A DNA stretch of 64,000 nucleotides from a virus, in the IMG/VR virus record IMGVR_UViG_3300028376_000003, positions 32,001-96,000 of that record. One strand, given 5' to 3'. The notes under the pieces are model-generated. The model saw only the letters and a program-made list of their open reading frames with translations, did no database searches and was not told the origin of the DNA. Below, in pieces: positions 31,334 through 42,101 of the stretch. Position numbers and translations under genes: made by a program. Within the stretch, counting starts at the first letter, position 1; every line of letters starts with the position of its first letter.

Positions 31334-34300
31334 TTATTGAGGGTTTGTTAAATCACATAGACCAGCTACACCATTGAATTGTCCGTCCACGACCCTTTTC
31401 CAATAAAATTCTTTAATGTAGATACCAGTTAGTGCAGGTGTGTTTCCAAATTCATCTGTAAATATTACATTACCAAATGTCCAAGTTTGATTATCTGTCC
31501 AAACATTAATAGTTGTTCCACCATTTCCAGCACAGGCGTTGTTAGATGTGTCATAACGACCCACTAAATGTGGGAACAGTTCTATATTATTACCACTCTC
31601 TTGTGTTAGTCTTTGTATTCTTTCTATATTTGTTCCAATTATATTAATATCAGTAAATCTTTCAGCACCACTATTAGACCCATACTCAACCAATATTGTA
31701 CCACTTCCATTACCATTAGTAGGTGATATATTTTCAACCCAACTACTACCAGCTGAAACATTCCAAGAAACATTACTTGTTAATACTAGATTATAACTAC
31801 CAGGGTTACTACCGACTGTCTTGTTACCTTCTATTAGTATGAAAGGTGGTTGTGTACCATTTTGATTCAAAGTAAATGTTCTTACAATACCAAAGCCACT
31901 TATCACTATCGTTGCTGTTCTAGGTGAACTTTGTGTGTTTCTTACAAATTCAATATTTACACTTTCATTCAATCTTCCAGATGATGGATTTGTACTAACC
32001 CAAGAAGATGACCCAGCAGATATGTTCCAAGATATGTTACTAGTTATGTTTAATATATAATTACCTGCCTCATTTTGTACAGTTTCCTCATCACTTCCAA
32101 TTTCTAGTTCTGGATCACCATCAATTGGTATAATCTCAACAATTGAGGGCAGTGGTAAGAAGTCATTCTCTCCAATATCAGCAGTATCAACAGGCTCTTT
32201 TGCATCTGCTATACCACCTTCACTTGCCATTATTTCTGGTTCTGCAAAGACATTCCATATATGACATTCGTTAGAAACAGTTATATCAATACCTCGTTTT
32301 ATCAACTCAGCATCAAAATTATCAGTTACGCTTCCATTATACTCTATGAATGAACCATACCAGTTACCATTTCTCCAAGTTCCATCTTCCCAAAATATAT
32401 TATAAGCATTCATATACAAGCACGTCCCATTTCTCCATACCATACCATATGCATTGCCTTTATCAAATATACCATTTTCCCATATTGATATATGAAAATC
32501 ACTACCTTTTAATTCACCATTTCTCCATATACAACTATCGTTTGTATTAAATGTTTTGTTTGGATCATCCTCAACATTTCTAAACTCTCTATCTACAAAT
32601 GGATTAAATGAACTATTTATAAATCTACCATTGCCAAACTCACCGTCTAACCAAACAGAATTTACCATATCAGCATTCCTATTATCAAATATTCCACCTT
32701 GCCATAATACACCATCTAATATAACTTTATTAACATTTGGTCTCTGATTACTTTTGGTTGCTTTTGTGAAGAATTTCTTATTATTAGTAACTGCACCATT
32801 TCTCCATAAACCATAAAAATCTCTATTGCTTCTTAAAAAAGAGTCAACAAATACACTTGCGTTTTCACTTTTATCCCCTTCATATATATCACTAGAAATT
32901 GTATCTAATGATTGCCCAGAACCTTTAAACATACCATTAGTAAAAATTCCATTATTCCAGACTTTTCCTTGAAATTCACCACCATTAAACTCCCCATCCC
33001 ACCATGACGGATTATTAACACTACTTGCGTTACCAAAAACACCACCATTAAATACACCACCTTGCCAAGCATAATCTAACCTATTATTAGAAGAATCTTC
33101 ACCAGCTGTTGATAAGAATACACCACCATTAAATTCACCACCTTTCCACTGCGTATTTCCATTTACTTCACCACCATTAAATCTACCATTATTCCATATT
33201 GTAATATTTTCAGACCCAAGAATACCACCATTAAATTCACCATTGTTCCAAGTTATTATAAATGTGTTATTTCTTGCACTAAAAAGATTTGGACTTTGTG
33301 ATATAAGAGCTGCATTATCAACAGTTGTATTTTTAATTGTACCAGAGTATATGCGAGTATCGCTAGTTCTTAGGGTTTTCTTCCCAAGGACACCACCATT
33401 TATAAAACCAGTATAGAACTTAGAATTATAGAAATTACCTCCTTGAAACTCACCTGACTGCCAATCACTTTTTCTAAATTCACCACTTCTAAAAATACCA
33501 TTTACCCATGCGTATATATTATTTTTTAACAAAGTAGTGCTTGTTCTAACGCCATCTGATGTAGTTATAAATGTCAAACCATTCCTGTAATAAGAAAGAA
33601 TTGAATTAGAATTATATTCAGGTGATTCAGGTGTTGCTATCCCATTGAAGCTTCTACTATCATAAAAGATACCATCATTGAAAATTCCATTTAACCAGGT
33701 AGATTGTTTAAAAACACCATTGTTAAAATCTCCACTTCCCCACACACTATTATATATTATCCCATTTTCAAAAACATCACTTCCTTCTGAAAAATTTGAA
33801 TTCATATATGTTGCTTTTGATAGTATATTATTTAAATTTTTAAATATACTATCCGATATAACTAGACTTTTTATAAGTGATAAGTTGCTGAAATCAATGT
33901 CTCTTACATCATAATCATTATTTTCTATTAATGAATCTTTTATATAAGACCTTCTAAAAATACCACCTTGTATTTTAGATTTAGATATTTTAAGCTTGTG
34001 TACATGTGTGTAATTATTATTTAAGTTCCCTTGTGTAAAAGCACCACCAGTATTAGTACTTATAGATGATAGTATGCTATTATTAGTAAAGACTTCCTTT
34101 AATAATAACTCACCAGTTGTATCAAAATCATTATTAACCACAGTATAAGTATCTGGTATTTCCAGTATGAGTGGTAATTTATTATATACAATCTGATTAA
34201 GATAAACCACATCACCCTCTTTGTAACTATCCTCAATAGATTCCAAGTTATTAGGTTCAGCAGTAGTTTTAATCAATAAAGTACTTTCTGATGGATTTAC

Positions 34301-36763
34301 AGTTATATCATAAAGATTAGACCCACTAACAGACAAATTAGATATGTTATTGTCGTTGTTAAGTTCTATATGATCACCACTAACCCAATCACTATTTTCT
34401 ATAAGACCACTATCGAAATCAGAATTGACAATAAATGCATTTTCTATATCTACATAATCTCTTATTTTATTAGTAAGGAATAAATTATCTATATTGTTAT
34501 TAAAAAATTGAGGTGTATTAGTATCGTTGTTAAAATCTAGACCATACCTAGGAACTTCACTAAATGGTATCTCTTGTGTAGATTCTATATCCCTTCTTGA
34601 CACATCTGATATAGATACTAATATATCTAATGAATATAGGTTTTTGTCATTCTGTGTAACTACTCCATTTTTATATATGTTTGCATCTCTATAAGCAGTG
34701 TGTAGGAACTCATTGTCCCCATTTGTTGATAAGAATGATGCCATTTCTATACCTCTTTTATAAAAATCCTTATCTCTCTCGTCAAAACTTTTGTTATAAA
34801 AATCTACATATTCTGTCCACGAAGATATTTTAAATCTCTTGTTAAAAAAGTTTAATGGATATTTTAGACTATCCTTTATCCTAAGTCCTTTTATATAAAA
34901 CTTATCTTTTGACTGTAATGTATTATACCCATCCTCATCTATGTAAAATTTATATAACTTATGACTTACTCTAGTATCTACTGAGTCAGTTAATACAAGT
35001 TCGTCATAGTCTAATATCTTTATTGAGTTATCACTCAAATAAACAGAATTTAACATCAGAGACCTATTAAATATTGAATTAATAGATGTTATATTATCAA
35101 ATTTAGTTTTATTAGAACGGCAATTATCAACCGATGAATTCAAGACCTTTCCTCCGTTAAATTGACAATTGTTATAATATCCACCATTCAATTCAAATAA
35201 AAATTCTCTATCATTTGATTTTAAATAGTCTTCTATAACAGAGTGATTTACATCACCACCAAATGAAGTGTCATATATGTTACCATTTTCTATAATTACA
35301 TCATTTAAATCAGATTTAAATAAGAAATTAAAACCAGATCCGTTATTATTTTCACCATTTATCTTTTCATATGGCTTATTTCCTTCACCAAACTGTGATA
35401 TAAAACTATCGGGTAGTGTAAATGTTGACTTAATAATACCTTTTAGCCACTTTACATTAAGCAAAGTACCCATATTCCACTCTCCATCCCCAGTCCATGG
35501 AATTTTTTTGTTCTTTGTACCATATAGACCACCATTAAACCTACCATTGAATAAACCCTTTCTAAAATTAGATTTGGTTATTATAGCATCATCAAAATCT
35601 TTATCAATAACCCATTCCCCATCTTCTACGCTCCACTGATATATACCATCCTCTGTAAACTCATATGCTTTATCTTCATACGATATTAATATATTTCCAT
35701 TATTAATCCTAACTCTATCATTAAAAGAAGATATAGAATTTGAAACTATATTTTCGTAGCTACTAGATATAAGTGTCTCTGTAACATCAACCCACTCACC
35801 CTCTATATTTCTTATATAAAATCCCTCTTTCTCTATACCACTATTAGAACCAAGTCCTTCAAACCCATCATAAGATTTATCAACATATAGTATATTATTC
35901 TTACCAGCAGAAAACTTATATTGAAACACGCCACTCCTTGTTGATATTTGTTTACTATATAGTCTAAAGTCTGATACATCTTTTGCCACATATATGTTAA
36001 GAAAATTATCCCTTTTATCTCTTTTGAAAGGAAGTTCTCCAGTGTAATTTATATCTAGAACAACTCTACACTTGTCTATGAATAGAATTTTATAACCATC
36101 TCTACCTTTCTTATATCTATTATTTATCTTAGTCAAATCTATATCATAAGGACCACCTATTATAAAAACCCTATCTCCTATCTTGTAATTTGTATTTACC
36201 TCTGTGTAAAACAATGTTTTAGGTATGTTATTTATATCATATGGTTCTACATAGCTCAAAAGTCTAGGTGATGAAACTCTTTCATTTTCTTGTTCCAAAT
36301 CTCCTATTCTTTGATTGCTTGTCTTACTTTCTGTCGAAATACTACTCCCAACTAGGTCTAAATTATTTTTATATTTAAATAAATCAACTGCACTTAGTAA
36401 AATAGGCTTTTTTGATATAACATCCTTTAATGTTGGTGTCTCTATAGGGACAAACTTTACATTTCCTATATTAACAGACATTTTTTTAATACTCGAAGTA
36501 TTGGTATTAACCACAGTCTTTAGATTTTTTAAGTCTAACCTTTGTTTATCATTCCTAGCTCTTTCTTCATTATAATTTTTAATATCATCAACTGTGATAT
36601 TAAAAACAGATGCTAACTTCCTCAAAAGTTCATCTGTTGGTCTTTTTATATTACTTTCTATATTCCTATAAGCCTTTTCGAAAACTTTTAACCTTTTGGA
36701 TATATCTTTAATACTAATGCTCTGGTTTTCTCGTATGTTTTTGATATTAGAACCTAATGACAT
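31334..36763 (-). CDS. giant protein: N-terminal XRE HTH + pentapeptide repeats + two BACON-like domains
   Basis: LGSNIKNIRE..SIKDIS..IESNIKRPT..LRKLASVF; long GxFNG/GxWxN runs; SNISWNI..SWVSTNP..PRTATI. Confidence 0.72.
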   Translation of the reverse strand: MSLGSNIKNIRENQSISIKDISKRLKVFEKAYRNIESNIKRPTDELLRKLASVFNITVDDIKNYNEERARNDKQRLDLKNLKTVVNTNTSSIKKMSVNIGNVKFVPIETPTLKDVISKKPILLSAVDLFKYKNNLDLVGSSISTESKTSNQRIGDLEQENERVSSPRLLSYVEPYDINNIPKTLFYTEVNTNYKIGDRVFIIGGPYDIDLTKINNRYKKGRDGYKILFIDKCRVVLDINYTGELPFKRDKRDNFLNIYVAKDVSDFRLYSKQISTRSGVFQYKFSAGKNNILYVDKSYDGFEGLGSNSGIEKEGFYIRNIEGEWVDVTETLISSSYENIVSNSISSFNDRVRINNGNILISYEDKAYEFTEDGIYQWSVEDGEWVIDKDFDDAIITKSNFRKGLFNGRFNGGLYGTKNKKIPWTGDGEWNMGTLLNVKWLKGIIKSTFTLPDSFISQFGEGNKPYEKINGENNNGSGFNFLFKSDLNDVIIENGNIYDTSFGGDVNHSVIEDYLKSNDREFLFELNGGYYNNCQFNGGKVLNSSVDNCRSNKTKFDNITSINSIFNRSLMLNSVYLSDNSIKILDYDELVLTDSVDTRVSHKLYKFYIDEDGYNTLQSKDKFYIKGLRIKDSLKYPLNFFNKRFKISSWTEYVDFYNKSFDERDKDFYKRGIEMASFLSTNGDNEFLHTAYRDANIYKNGVVTQNDKNLYSLDILVSISDVSRRDIESTQEIPFSEVPRYGLDFNNDTNTPQFFNNNIDNLFLTNKIRDYVDIENAFIVNSDFDSGLIENSDWVSGDHIELNNDNNISNLSVSGSNLYDITVNPSESTLLIKTTAEPNNLESIEDSYKEGDVVYLNQIVYNKLPLILEIPDTYTVVNNDFDTTGELLLKEVFTNNSILSSISTNTGGAFTQGNLNNNYTHVHKLKISKSKIQGGIFRRSYIKDSLIENNDYDVRDIDFSNLSLIKSLVISDSIFKNLNNILSKATYMNSNFSEGSDVFENGIIYNSVWGSGDFNNGVFKQSTWLNGIFNDGIFYDSRSFNGIATPESPEYNSNSILSYYRNGLTFITTSDGVRTSTTLLKNNIYAWVNGIFRSGEFRKSDWQSGEFQGGNFYNSKFYTGFINGGVLGKKTLRTSDTRIYSGTIKNTTVDNAALISQSPNLFSARNNTFIITWNNGEFNGGILGSENITIWNNGRFNGGEVNGNTQWKGGEFNGGVFLSTAGEDSSNNRLDYAWQGGVFNGGVFGNASSVNNPSWWDGEFNGGEFQGKVWNNGIFTNGMFKGSGQSLDTISSDIYEGDKSENASVFVDSFLRSNRDFYGLWRNGAVTNNKKFFTKATKSNQRPNVNKVILDGVLWQGGIFDNRNADMVNSVWLDGEFGNGRFINSSFNPFVDREFRNVEDDPNKTFNTNDSCIWRNGELKGSDFHISIWENGIFDKGNAYGMVWRNGTCLYMNAYNIFWEDGTWRNGNWYGSFIEYNGSVTDNFDAELIKRGIDITVSNECHIWNVFAEPEIMASEGGIADAKEPVDTADIGENDFLPLPSIVEIIPIDGDPELEIGSDEETVQNEAGNYILNITSNISWNISAGSSSWVSTNPSSGRLNESVNIEFVRNTQSSPRTATIVISGFGIVRTFTLNQNGTQPPFILIEGNKTVGSNPGSYNLVLTSNVSWNVSAGSSWVENISPTNGNGSGTILVEYGSNSGAERFTDINIIGTNIERIQRLTQESGNNIELFPHLVGRYDTSNNACAGNGGTTINVWTDNQTWTFGNVIFTDEFGNTPALTGIYIKEFYWKRVVDGQFNGVAGLCDLTNPQ

Positions 36764-36853
36764 TATGTGGGTAGTTATTTTTATTATATATTATTTGATA
36801 CATGGTTTCTATCTAGTTTTAAATTAGTATATTTGTAATTATATTCAAAACAA

Positions 36854-37036
36854 ATGAAAAACATAGACATATATAAACAAATCGTGAACAGTCATTATGG
36901 TTCTTTTGGTGGTAATCTTACTAGTAATGAATACAAAATAATTAAAAAGGTAATTACAGATACTATAGAGAAAGAAAATAGGGAAAAGGTTCAAAAGGAA
37001 AGAACAGAAAAATTAAAAAAAAATACTAGGATATAA
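36854..37036 (+). CDS. small hypothetical protein
   Basis: After TATATTTG (36828); ERTEKLKK near C-terminus. Confidence 0.55.
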   Translation: MKNIDIYKQIVNSHYGSFGGNLTSNEYKIIKKVITDTIEKENREKVQKERTEKLKKNTRI

Positions 37037-37057
37037 AAATAATTTAAATAACGAAAA

Positions 37058-37261
37058 ATGAGAGACGAAGGATATTACAAAAGCAATATATATAATAATC
37101 ATATTGAAAATTCAAAGTATTATAACAAATACGAAGAATACAAAGATTATGAACAATTAACTAAACTTTATGACCTTTATAATAAAATTAGCAAAACCAA
37201 AACACTAGAAGAAATGTTAAGAGAAGAACGTGCAGAAAAATTAAAAAAACTATTGAAATAA
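37058..37261 (+). CDS. small hypothetical protein
   Basis: Ends ERAEKLKKLLK. Confidence 0.55.
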   Translation: MRDEGYYKSNIYNNHIENSKYYNKYEEYKDYEQLTKLYDLYNKISKTKTLEEMLREERAEKLKKLLK

Positions 37262-38368
37262 TTATTCAAATTCTTTTCTATCATTTGATATGTAAAAATC
37301 ATCAAAGTTAAAGTATTCATTATAAACATCCTTAACCTTATCAATGGTTATATCATCTAATACATCATATATAGAATAACCCTCTGGTGATATCCATCTA
37401 CCTACATTACTATATCTTAATATTTCATCCTTTTTAGCTCTCACTACAAAATATTCTTTAATCAAATCAAATCTTTCTTGTGTTAAGAATTCTTCTGGCT
37501 TTCTCATTACATCCTCAATACTATCAACTAATGTGTTAAAATTCTTATTAGAAGTTTGTGTTGCAATATTAACAATAGCTTTATCATTTACTCTAGATAG
37601 ATAGCAATGTATATAATACACCAAACCTTTTTTCTCACGTATTTCTTGATACAGTGGAGATTTTAGCCCAAGGGATAACATAGCATTTATGAAGTGTACA
37701 TATCCAAAATCTTTATCTATAACAGGTGATAGGATAACCAAGGAAGTCTTGTCTTTATAATTGTTATTCAATTCATAAGTTACATCATGCTTACTATATG
37801 ATAGTTCGTGGTCTATTTTTCTTTCTTTAAAATTTATTAAATTACTTTTAAAGTCACTTTTTTTAGATACGTTTATTATCTTAGATGGGTTGGCATACTG
37901 TAATTCGAAATAATTCAAACAATCCATAAACTTTAAATTCTCTAAATCTTCCTTAACACCTATCGGTCCATAGTTATTAAATAGCTTTCTATACAAATTC
38001 ATTTGATGTGATGCTGTTTGGTCATTAAATGAGTCCATGTATTCCTCTAATACAATATTTCTTTCATTTTCAAACTCACTCTTTTCAACATCAAAACCAC
38101 CTAATAAGTCCACAAATTTATACTTCCACTTATTTACCTTCTCATCTAACCCAGTTATGAAAAATACTACTTCATTAGAAGATGTGTATGCATTCCAGTC
38201 AATGCCATCTTTGTCAAAGCTTTCTTGTAAGTGATCGAAGTTTTTGGTCATTAAGTGTTCCATTAAATGTGTTATTCCATATATTCCTTTTTTCTCCAAA
38301 TTAGTAGAACCTTCATATACTACATAAAATCCAGATAAATCGGTTTGTGACTTTAAGTTTATTATCAT
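37262..38368 (-). CDS. M16 family (insulinase-like) zinc peptidase
   Basis: GITHLMEH (HxxEH), NAYTS, ERNIVLEE, LYQEIREKKGLVY. Confidence 0.9.
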   Translation of the reverse strand: MIINLKSQTDLSGFYVVYEGSTNLEKKGIYGITHLMEHLMTKNFDHLQESFDKDGIDWNAYTSSNEVVFFITGLDEKVNKWKYKFVDLLGGFDVEKSEFENERNIVLEEYMDSFNDQTASHQMNLYRKLFNNYGPIGVKEDLENLKFMDCLNYFELQYANPSKIINVSKKSDFKSNLINFKERKIDHELSYSKHDVTYELNNNYKDKTSLVILSPVIDKDFGYVHFINAMLSLGLKSPLYQEIREKKGLVYYIHCYLSRVNDKAIVNIATQTSNKNFNTLVDSIEDVMRKPEEFLTQERFDLIKEYFVVRAKKDEILRYSNVGRWISPEGYSIYDVLDDITIDKVKDVYNEYFNFDDFYISNDRKEFE

Positions 38369-38443
38369 AATTTATTTATTTTTTATATCTTATATATTAA
38401 TTTGTTGTATATTTGTTTTTATAGAAAATATAAATTTAAAAAA

Positions 38444-38850
38444 ATGGAAGTAAAATTAATACTGAATGGTCATTTGTTAAATAAACTTATGTGTGTTAAG
38501 ATTATTAGGAACCATACTAAAAAGGGACTCATTGAATCTAAGAAATTAATGGAGGTATTAGTCTCTAGTGGTAAAGTTTTTTCCACCTTCACAAAGATAG
38601 TAATGTAATTAATTTTACGTCCGATGTGAGAGAAAATTTAGAGGATGTTGTTGTTGATATAAAAAGTTTCAATAGAAAAAAGAAGTTAATACAGTTAGGT
38701 ATTGGAAATGAAGACACATATAAAGACTTTATTCTAGGAACAATGGATTTCGGAGATTGTGAGACGGAAAGGATATTCGGTATAGCACTGGGACTTATGA
38801 CAATAGAACAACTTAAAAAAATGGTAGAAGCATATGAAAGTAATATCTAA
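38444..38850 (+). pseudogene. ribosomal L7/L12 CTD-like gene split by a frameshift in a T6 run (38577-38582)
   Basis: NKLMCVKIIRNHTKKGLIESKKLME resembles the L7/L12 CTD; the -1 frame from the T run is open into ORF 38626-38850. Confidence 0.55.
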
Positions 38851-39490
38851 AATAGACACAAGAATTTTGGTCAAAGGAGGGGAATATGAGGTTAGCACGA
38901 TGTTCAATAGTGGTAACCAATGGTCTGAAAAAATATATCTAAAAGGTGTTAGTAATTACTATAAACCTAGTGATTTTACTTGCTTAAACAAAAAATCCTT
39001 ACCAAAAATATATTACCAAGCAGAAAAAGAAAAAATTAATGAAATTAGAAAAGGGTCTTTACTTGAGTGTATTGGTGTTTTTAAATCTCTATTTAAAAAT
39101 AGAATTTATGTAGTAGAGTCTGTTTTTTATTCGACTACTATCAATACAGATGTGTCTATTAAATTTAAGGGAATTGATAGAGTGTTCAAGTTTTCTAAAA
39201 ACAATTTCAGAGTATTATCAAAATCAGAATCAAGGACAACTAATATTAATATAATCAATGATAACGATAATAGAGTGATAACTAGTAATGGTGTTAATTA
39301 TTCTAAAATTGCCGACACAAGCGAAGTATTAACGAGTATATTTCAATCAGTATGTGACAAGAATAGAAATAATCTATCGATTGAAAAATGGGCAGTTTCT
39401 AAAATAAATAACAGATTAAATATCGAAGATTTGGAAAAATATAAAAATATGACATTGGACGAAATATTAAAAATATTAAATGAAAAATAG
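38834..39490 (+). CDS. hypothetical protein
   Basis: 218-aa ORF overlapping neighbours. Confidence 0.65.
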   Translation: MKVISKIDTRILVKGGEYEVSTMFNSGNQWSEKIYLKGVSNYYKPSDFTCLNKKSLPKIYYQAEKEKINEIRKGSLLECIGVFKSLFKNRIYVVESVFYSTTINTDVSIKFKGIDRVFKFSKNNFRVLSKSESRTTNINIINDNDNRVITSNGVNYSKIADTSEVLTSIFQSVCDKNRNNLSIEKWAVSKINNRLNIEDLEKYKNMTLDEILKILNEK

Positions 39491-39788
39491 AAACATTATA
39501 TACGATAAGCTTCAACCACTTTTTGAAAGATTTGTATTTATAGAAAGTGTGAGTTGGGAGCAATATACACCATATGATTTAGAGTCTAATTTTTATTTAA
39601 ATAAAGAAAGTATAAAAATAAATAACAACAACATAACTCCACTATTTAATTTAACTCTTAGAAAAATGATAGAGAGTACGTTTGATAAAAATACGGAGTT
39701 TAAATCTAAAAAAGTATTTGGAGACCATGTAAGTGTAATAATTAAGAGAGATAAAAGTATAACAGTAAAAGATTTACATCATGTGTGA
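39480..39788 (+). CDS. hypothetical protein
   Basis: ORF in operon; ESVSWEQYTPY motif. Confidence 0.6.
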   Translation: MKNRNIIYDKLQPLFERFVFIESVSWEQYTPYDLESNFYLNKESIKINNNNITPLFNLTLRKMIESTFDKNTEFKSKKVFGDHVSVIIKRDKSITVKDLHHV

Positions 39789-40530
39789 TATATATAATGA
39801 AATTTATAACCTTTGTAAAGTAAGGAATAAAGGAAATGTTTATAGAAACACCAAAGAATTGACACCTAGATTAAAATTCATAACAGAGTTACTATCGAGA
39901 GAAGGAATCAAATATGAGGTAGATAGTAATAAATCTTCTGATACTTATGTACATAACTTAATTCTAAGAGGTAGTTCTGATAAAATGGTAGTGGCACACC
40001 ACGATGTACAAAATTATTCAACAGACAATGCTAATGACAACTCTGCATCTGTTATTAATGCAATAGCACTCAAAAAGATAATACCAAGTGTTAATGTTGT
40101 TTTATTAGATGGTGAGGAAGTTGGTGGATTAGGATCTAAGCAGTTAGCACAACAGATTAATAACAATTACTTTGGGGATATAAAATGGGTTCTTAATTTA
40201 GAACTTACTGGACTAGGTGGTAAAAACTTTTTCATAGGAAATTACAAAGGAGAATTATACAATCATATTAAAGGATTGTTCGATTGTCCCGTATACAATA
40301 CAATATTCAATGACTCTGTCATATTTAGACAATATGGGATAGATTCAACTGTCATAAATCCGCTTCCTAGCCTACCAAGTGGATTAATTTCCAACATAAT
40401 ACATAATGGTGTATATCTAGATGATAGTATTCTTTTTGACTGTCATACTAAAAGAGATACTATTGATAAAATTAGCACATCCGATATGAAAGTATTCGTT
40501 GAAGATATATTGGTACAAATATTAAAATAA
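39781..40530 (+). CDS. M28 family metallopeptidase
   Basis: VVAHHD, ANDNSAS, DGEEVG, LNLE, CHT..DT motifs. Confidence 0.85.
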   Translation: MCDIYNEIYNLCKVRNKGNVYRNTKELTPRLKFITELLSREGIKYEVDSNKSSDTYVHNLILRGSSDKMVVAHHDVQNYSTDNANDNSASVINAIALKKIIPSVNVVLLDGEEVGGLGSKQLAQQINNNYFGDIKWVLNLELTGLGGKNFFIGNYKGELYNHIKGLFDCPVYNTIFNDSVIFRQYGIDSTVINPLPSLPSGLISNIIHNGVYLDDSILFDCHTKRDTIDKISTSDMKVFVEDILVQILK

Positions 40531-40566
40531 TCAAAAGGCTTCTAAATTTTAGAAGCCTTTTGATTA
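40529..40566. terminator. bidirectional terminator between convergent genes
   Basis: AATCAAAAGGCTTCTAAA-TT-TTAGAAGCCTTTTGATT. Confidence 0.8.
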
Positions 40567-40583
40567 TTCATAATTACTAATTC

Positions 40584-41675
40584 TTAATTTGGTGATATTA
40601 AGAATATTTTTCTAGATGACCTATCAACATGCAACACTTTAACATCTAAATCTTTTCCTTCTTTAAATTCTTGCGTAAATTTAGCCATTTCGCTAGAGTG
40701 TACTAGTCCTACTGTTTCTGAATCTAAGCTTATTAATGCACCAAACTCTTTAATAGCTTTAACACTACCTGTTAAGACTTGGCCAGGTTCTATGGTACTC
40801 CAGATATCTTCTGTAACCATTTGTGTCAAGATTATTTTAAATCTTTTCCCCTTTTCTTTGATTACCTCTTTTATATAGAAATCAACTTCAAACCCAGGTT
40901 TTATATCACTTATTCTATTCTGCCAGTCCTCATTTAAATTATCCTTGTGAATCATACCAGTAAGACATTTATTAAATTCAACAAAAACTCCAAAAGGTGC
41001 AGTTCCTGTCACATGTCCAGTATAAACCTCATCATAGTCTAATGTTTCAACTACCTCTGGGATTAACGTCTGTAAGTACTTTTTTCTACTTACTATATAA
41101 GTTCCTTCATGTTCTGAATATGATTCTACTGTTACTTCAAATTCATCACCTATGATAGACTTTGGATTTACTAATTTATTTATACCTGCTAGTGTATTGG
41201 GCATAAACGCATCCAAAACAACACCACCTTCTAAAATCTGAACACTATATCCTGCTGGGTTGATGTCCTTTATATAAGCGGTTACTGACTGATTTTTTTC
41301 TAAATTCTTGATATTAAGGTGTGCTCTACCCTCAAACAATTGTGCTATACTTCCCTTTATAAAAAAGTTCATAGTATCAACATCGATAATTATAAAATCT
41401 ATATTATCCTCTATTTCCAAATTATCAATGTGTTTATTCTCACCACTCTTATTTTCTATCCTAACATCATCTTTATAACCCCCAACGCTAAATACGTGTT
41501 GATCCGAGGATATACCTTTATAAGTACCATTTACAACATCTCCTTTTTTCGGTGATATCATTTCATAGGAATTATAAAGCTCTTCGAGTTCTTTGTATTC
41601 TTTAGGACTCATTTTTAAATCTGCTGGATCTTCAAATAGCAAATCTAATTTTTCTTGTGTTACTGTTTCTATCAT
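40584..41675 (-). CDS. rpsA: ribosomal protein S1-like protein (about four S1 domains)
   Basis: KGDVVNG, DAFMP, VSRKKYL, GHVTGTAPFGVFVEF..GMIH, GSVKAIKEFGALI..GLVHSSE..RKIFL. Confidence 0.85.
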   Translation of the reverse strand: MIETVTQEKLDLLFEDPADLKMSPKEYKELEELYNSYEMISPKKGDVVNGTYKGISSDQHVFSVGGYKDDVRIENKSGENKHIDNLEIEDNIDFIIIDVDTMNFFIKGSIAQLFEGRAHLNIKNLEKNQSVTAYIKDINPAGYSVQILEGGVVLDAFMPNTLAGINKLVNPKSIIGDEFEVTVESYSEHEGTYIVSRKKYLQTLIPEVVETLDYDEVYTGHVTGTAPFGVFVEFNKCLTGMIHKDNLNEDWQNRISDIKPGFEVDFYIKEVIKEKGKRFKIILTQMVTEDIWSTIEPGQVLTGSVKAIKEFGALISLDSETVGLVHSSEMAKFTQEFKEGKDLDVKVLHVDRSSRKIFLISPN

Positions 41676-41721
41676 ATTATTTTTGTTTTATAGGTATTAT
41701 ACTAATTAATACCACAAAAGT

Positions 41722-42099
41722 TTAAAATATATCAAATTTTTTAATATTATTATTCTTCATATAATCTCTTATCTTAGCAGCTTCTTCATATTTTTCATTA
41801 AGAATAGCAATATTTAGTTTATTATTTAACTCATTTGACAACTGACTCTTGCTTTTACCACTAGTCTCTATTAACGAATTGTAATAATCTTGTATTTCAG
41901 AAATAGTACCAAACTTAATATCTTCCACTTTTTCTTGACTTTCAAATACTTCATCTATTTTCTTATTCTGTAATACTTTTTCAATAAATTTATCATCAAA
42001 TGCAGAATTTTCTAGCAAATACCTAGTCAATAGATGTGGTCTATTGTTGAACATTTTTATTAGTAACAGTATTTTATCGTATCTACCTGAGTTATCCAT
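41722..42099 (-). CDS. protein with C-terminal UvrB/UvrC (UVR) motif
   Basis: LNIAILNEKYEEAAKIRD. Confidence 0.75.
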   Translation of the reverse strand: MDNSGRYDKILLLIKMFNNRPHLLTRYLLENSAFDDKFIEKVLQNKKIDEVFESQEKVEDIKFGTISEIQDYYNSLIETSGKSKSQLSNELNNKLNIAILNEKYEEAAKIRDYMKNNNIKKFDIF

Positions 42100-42101
42100 A
42101 T

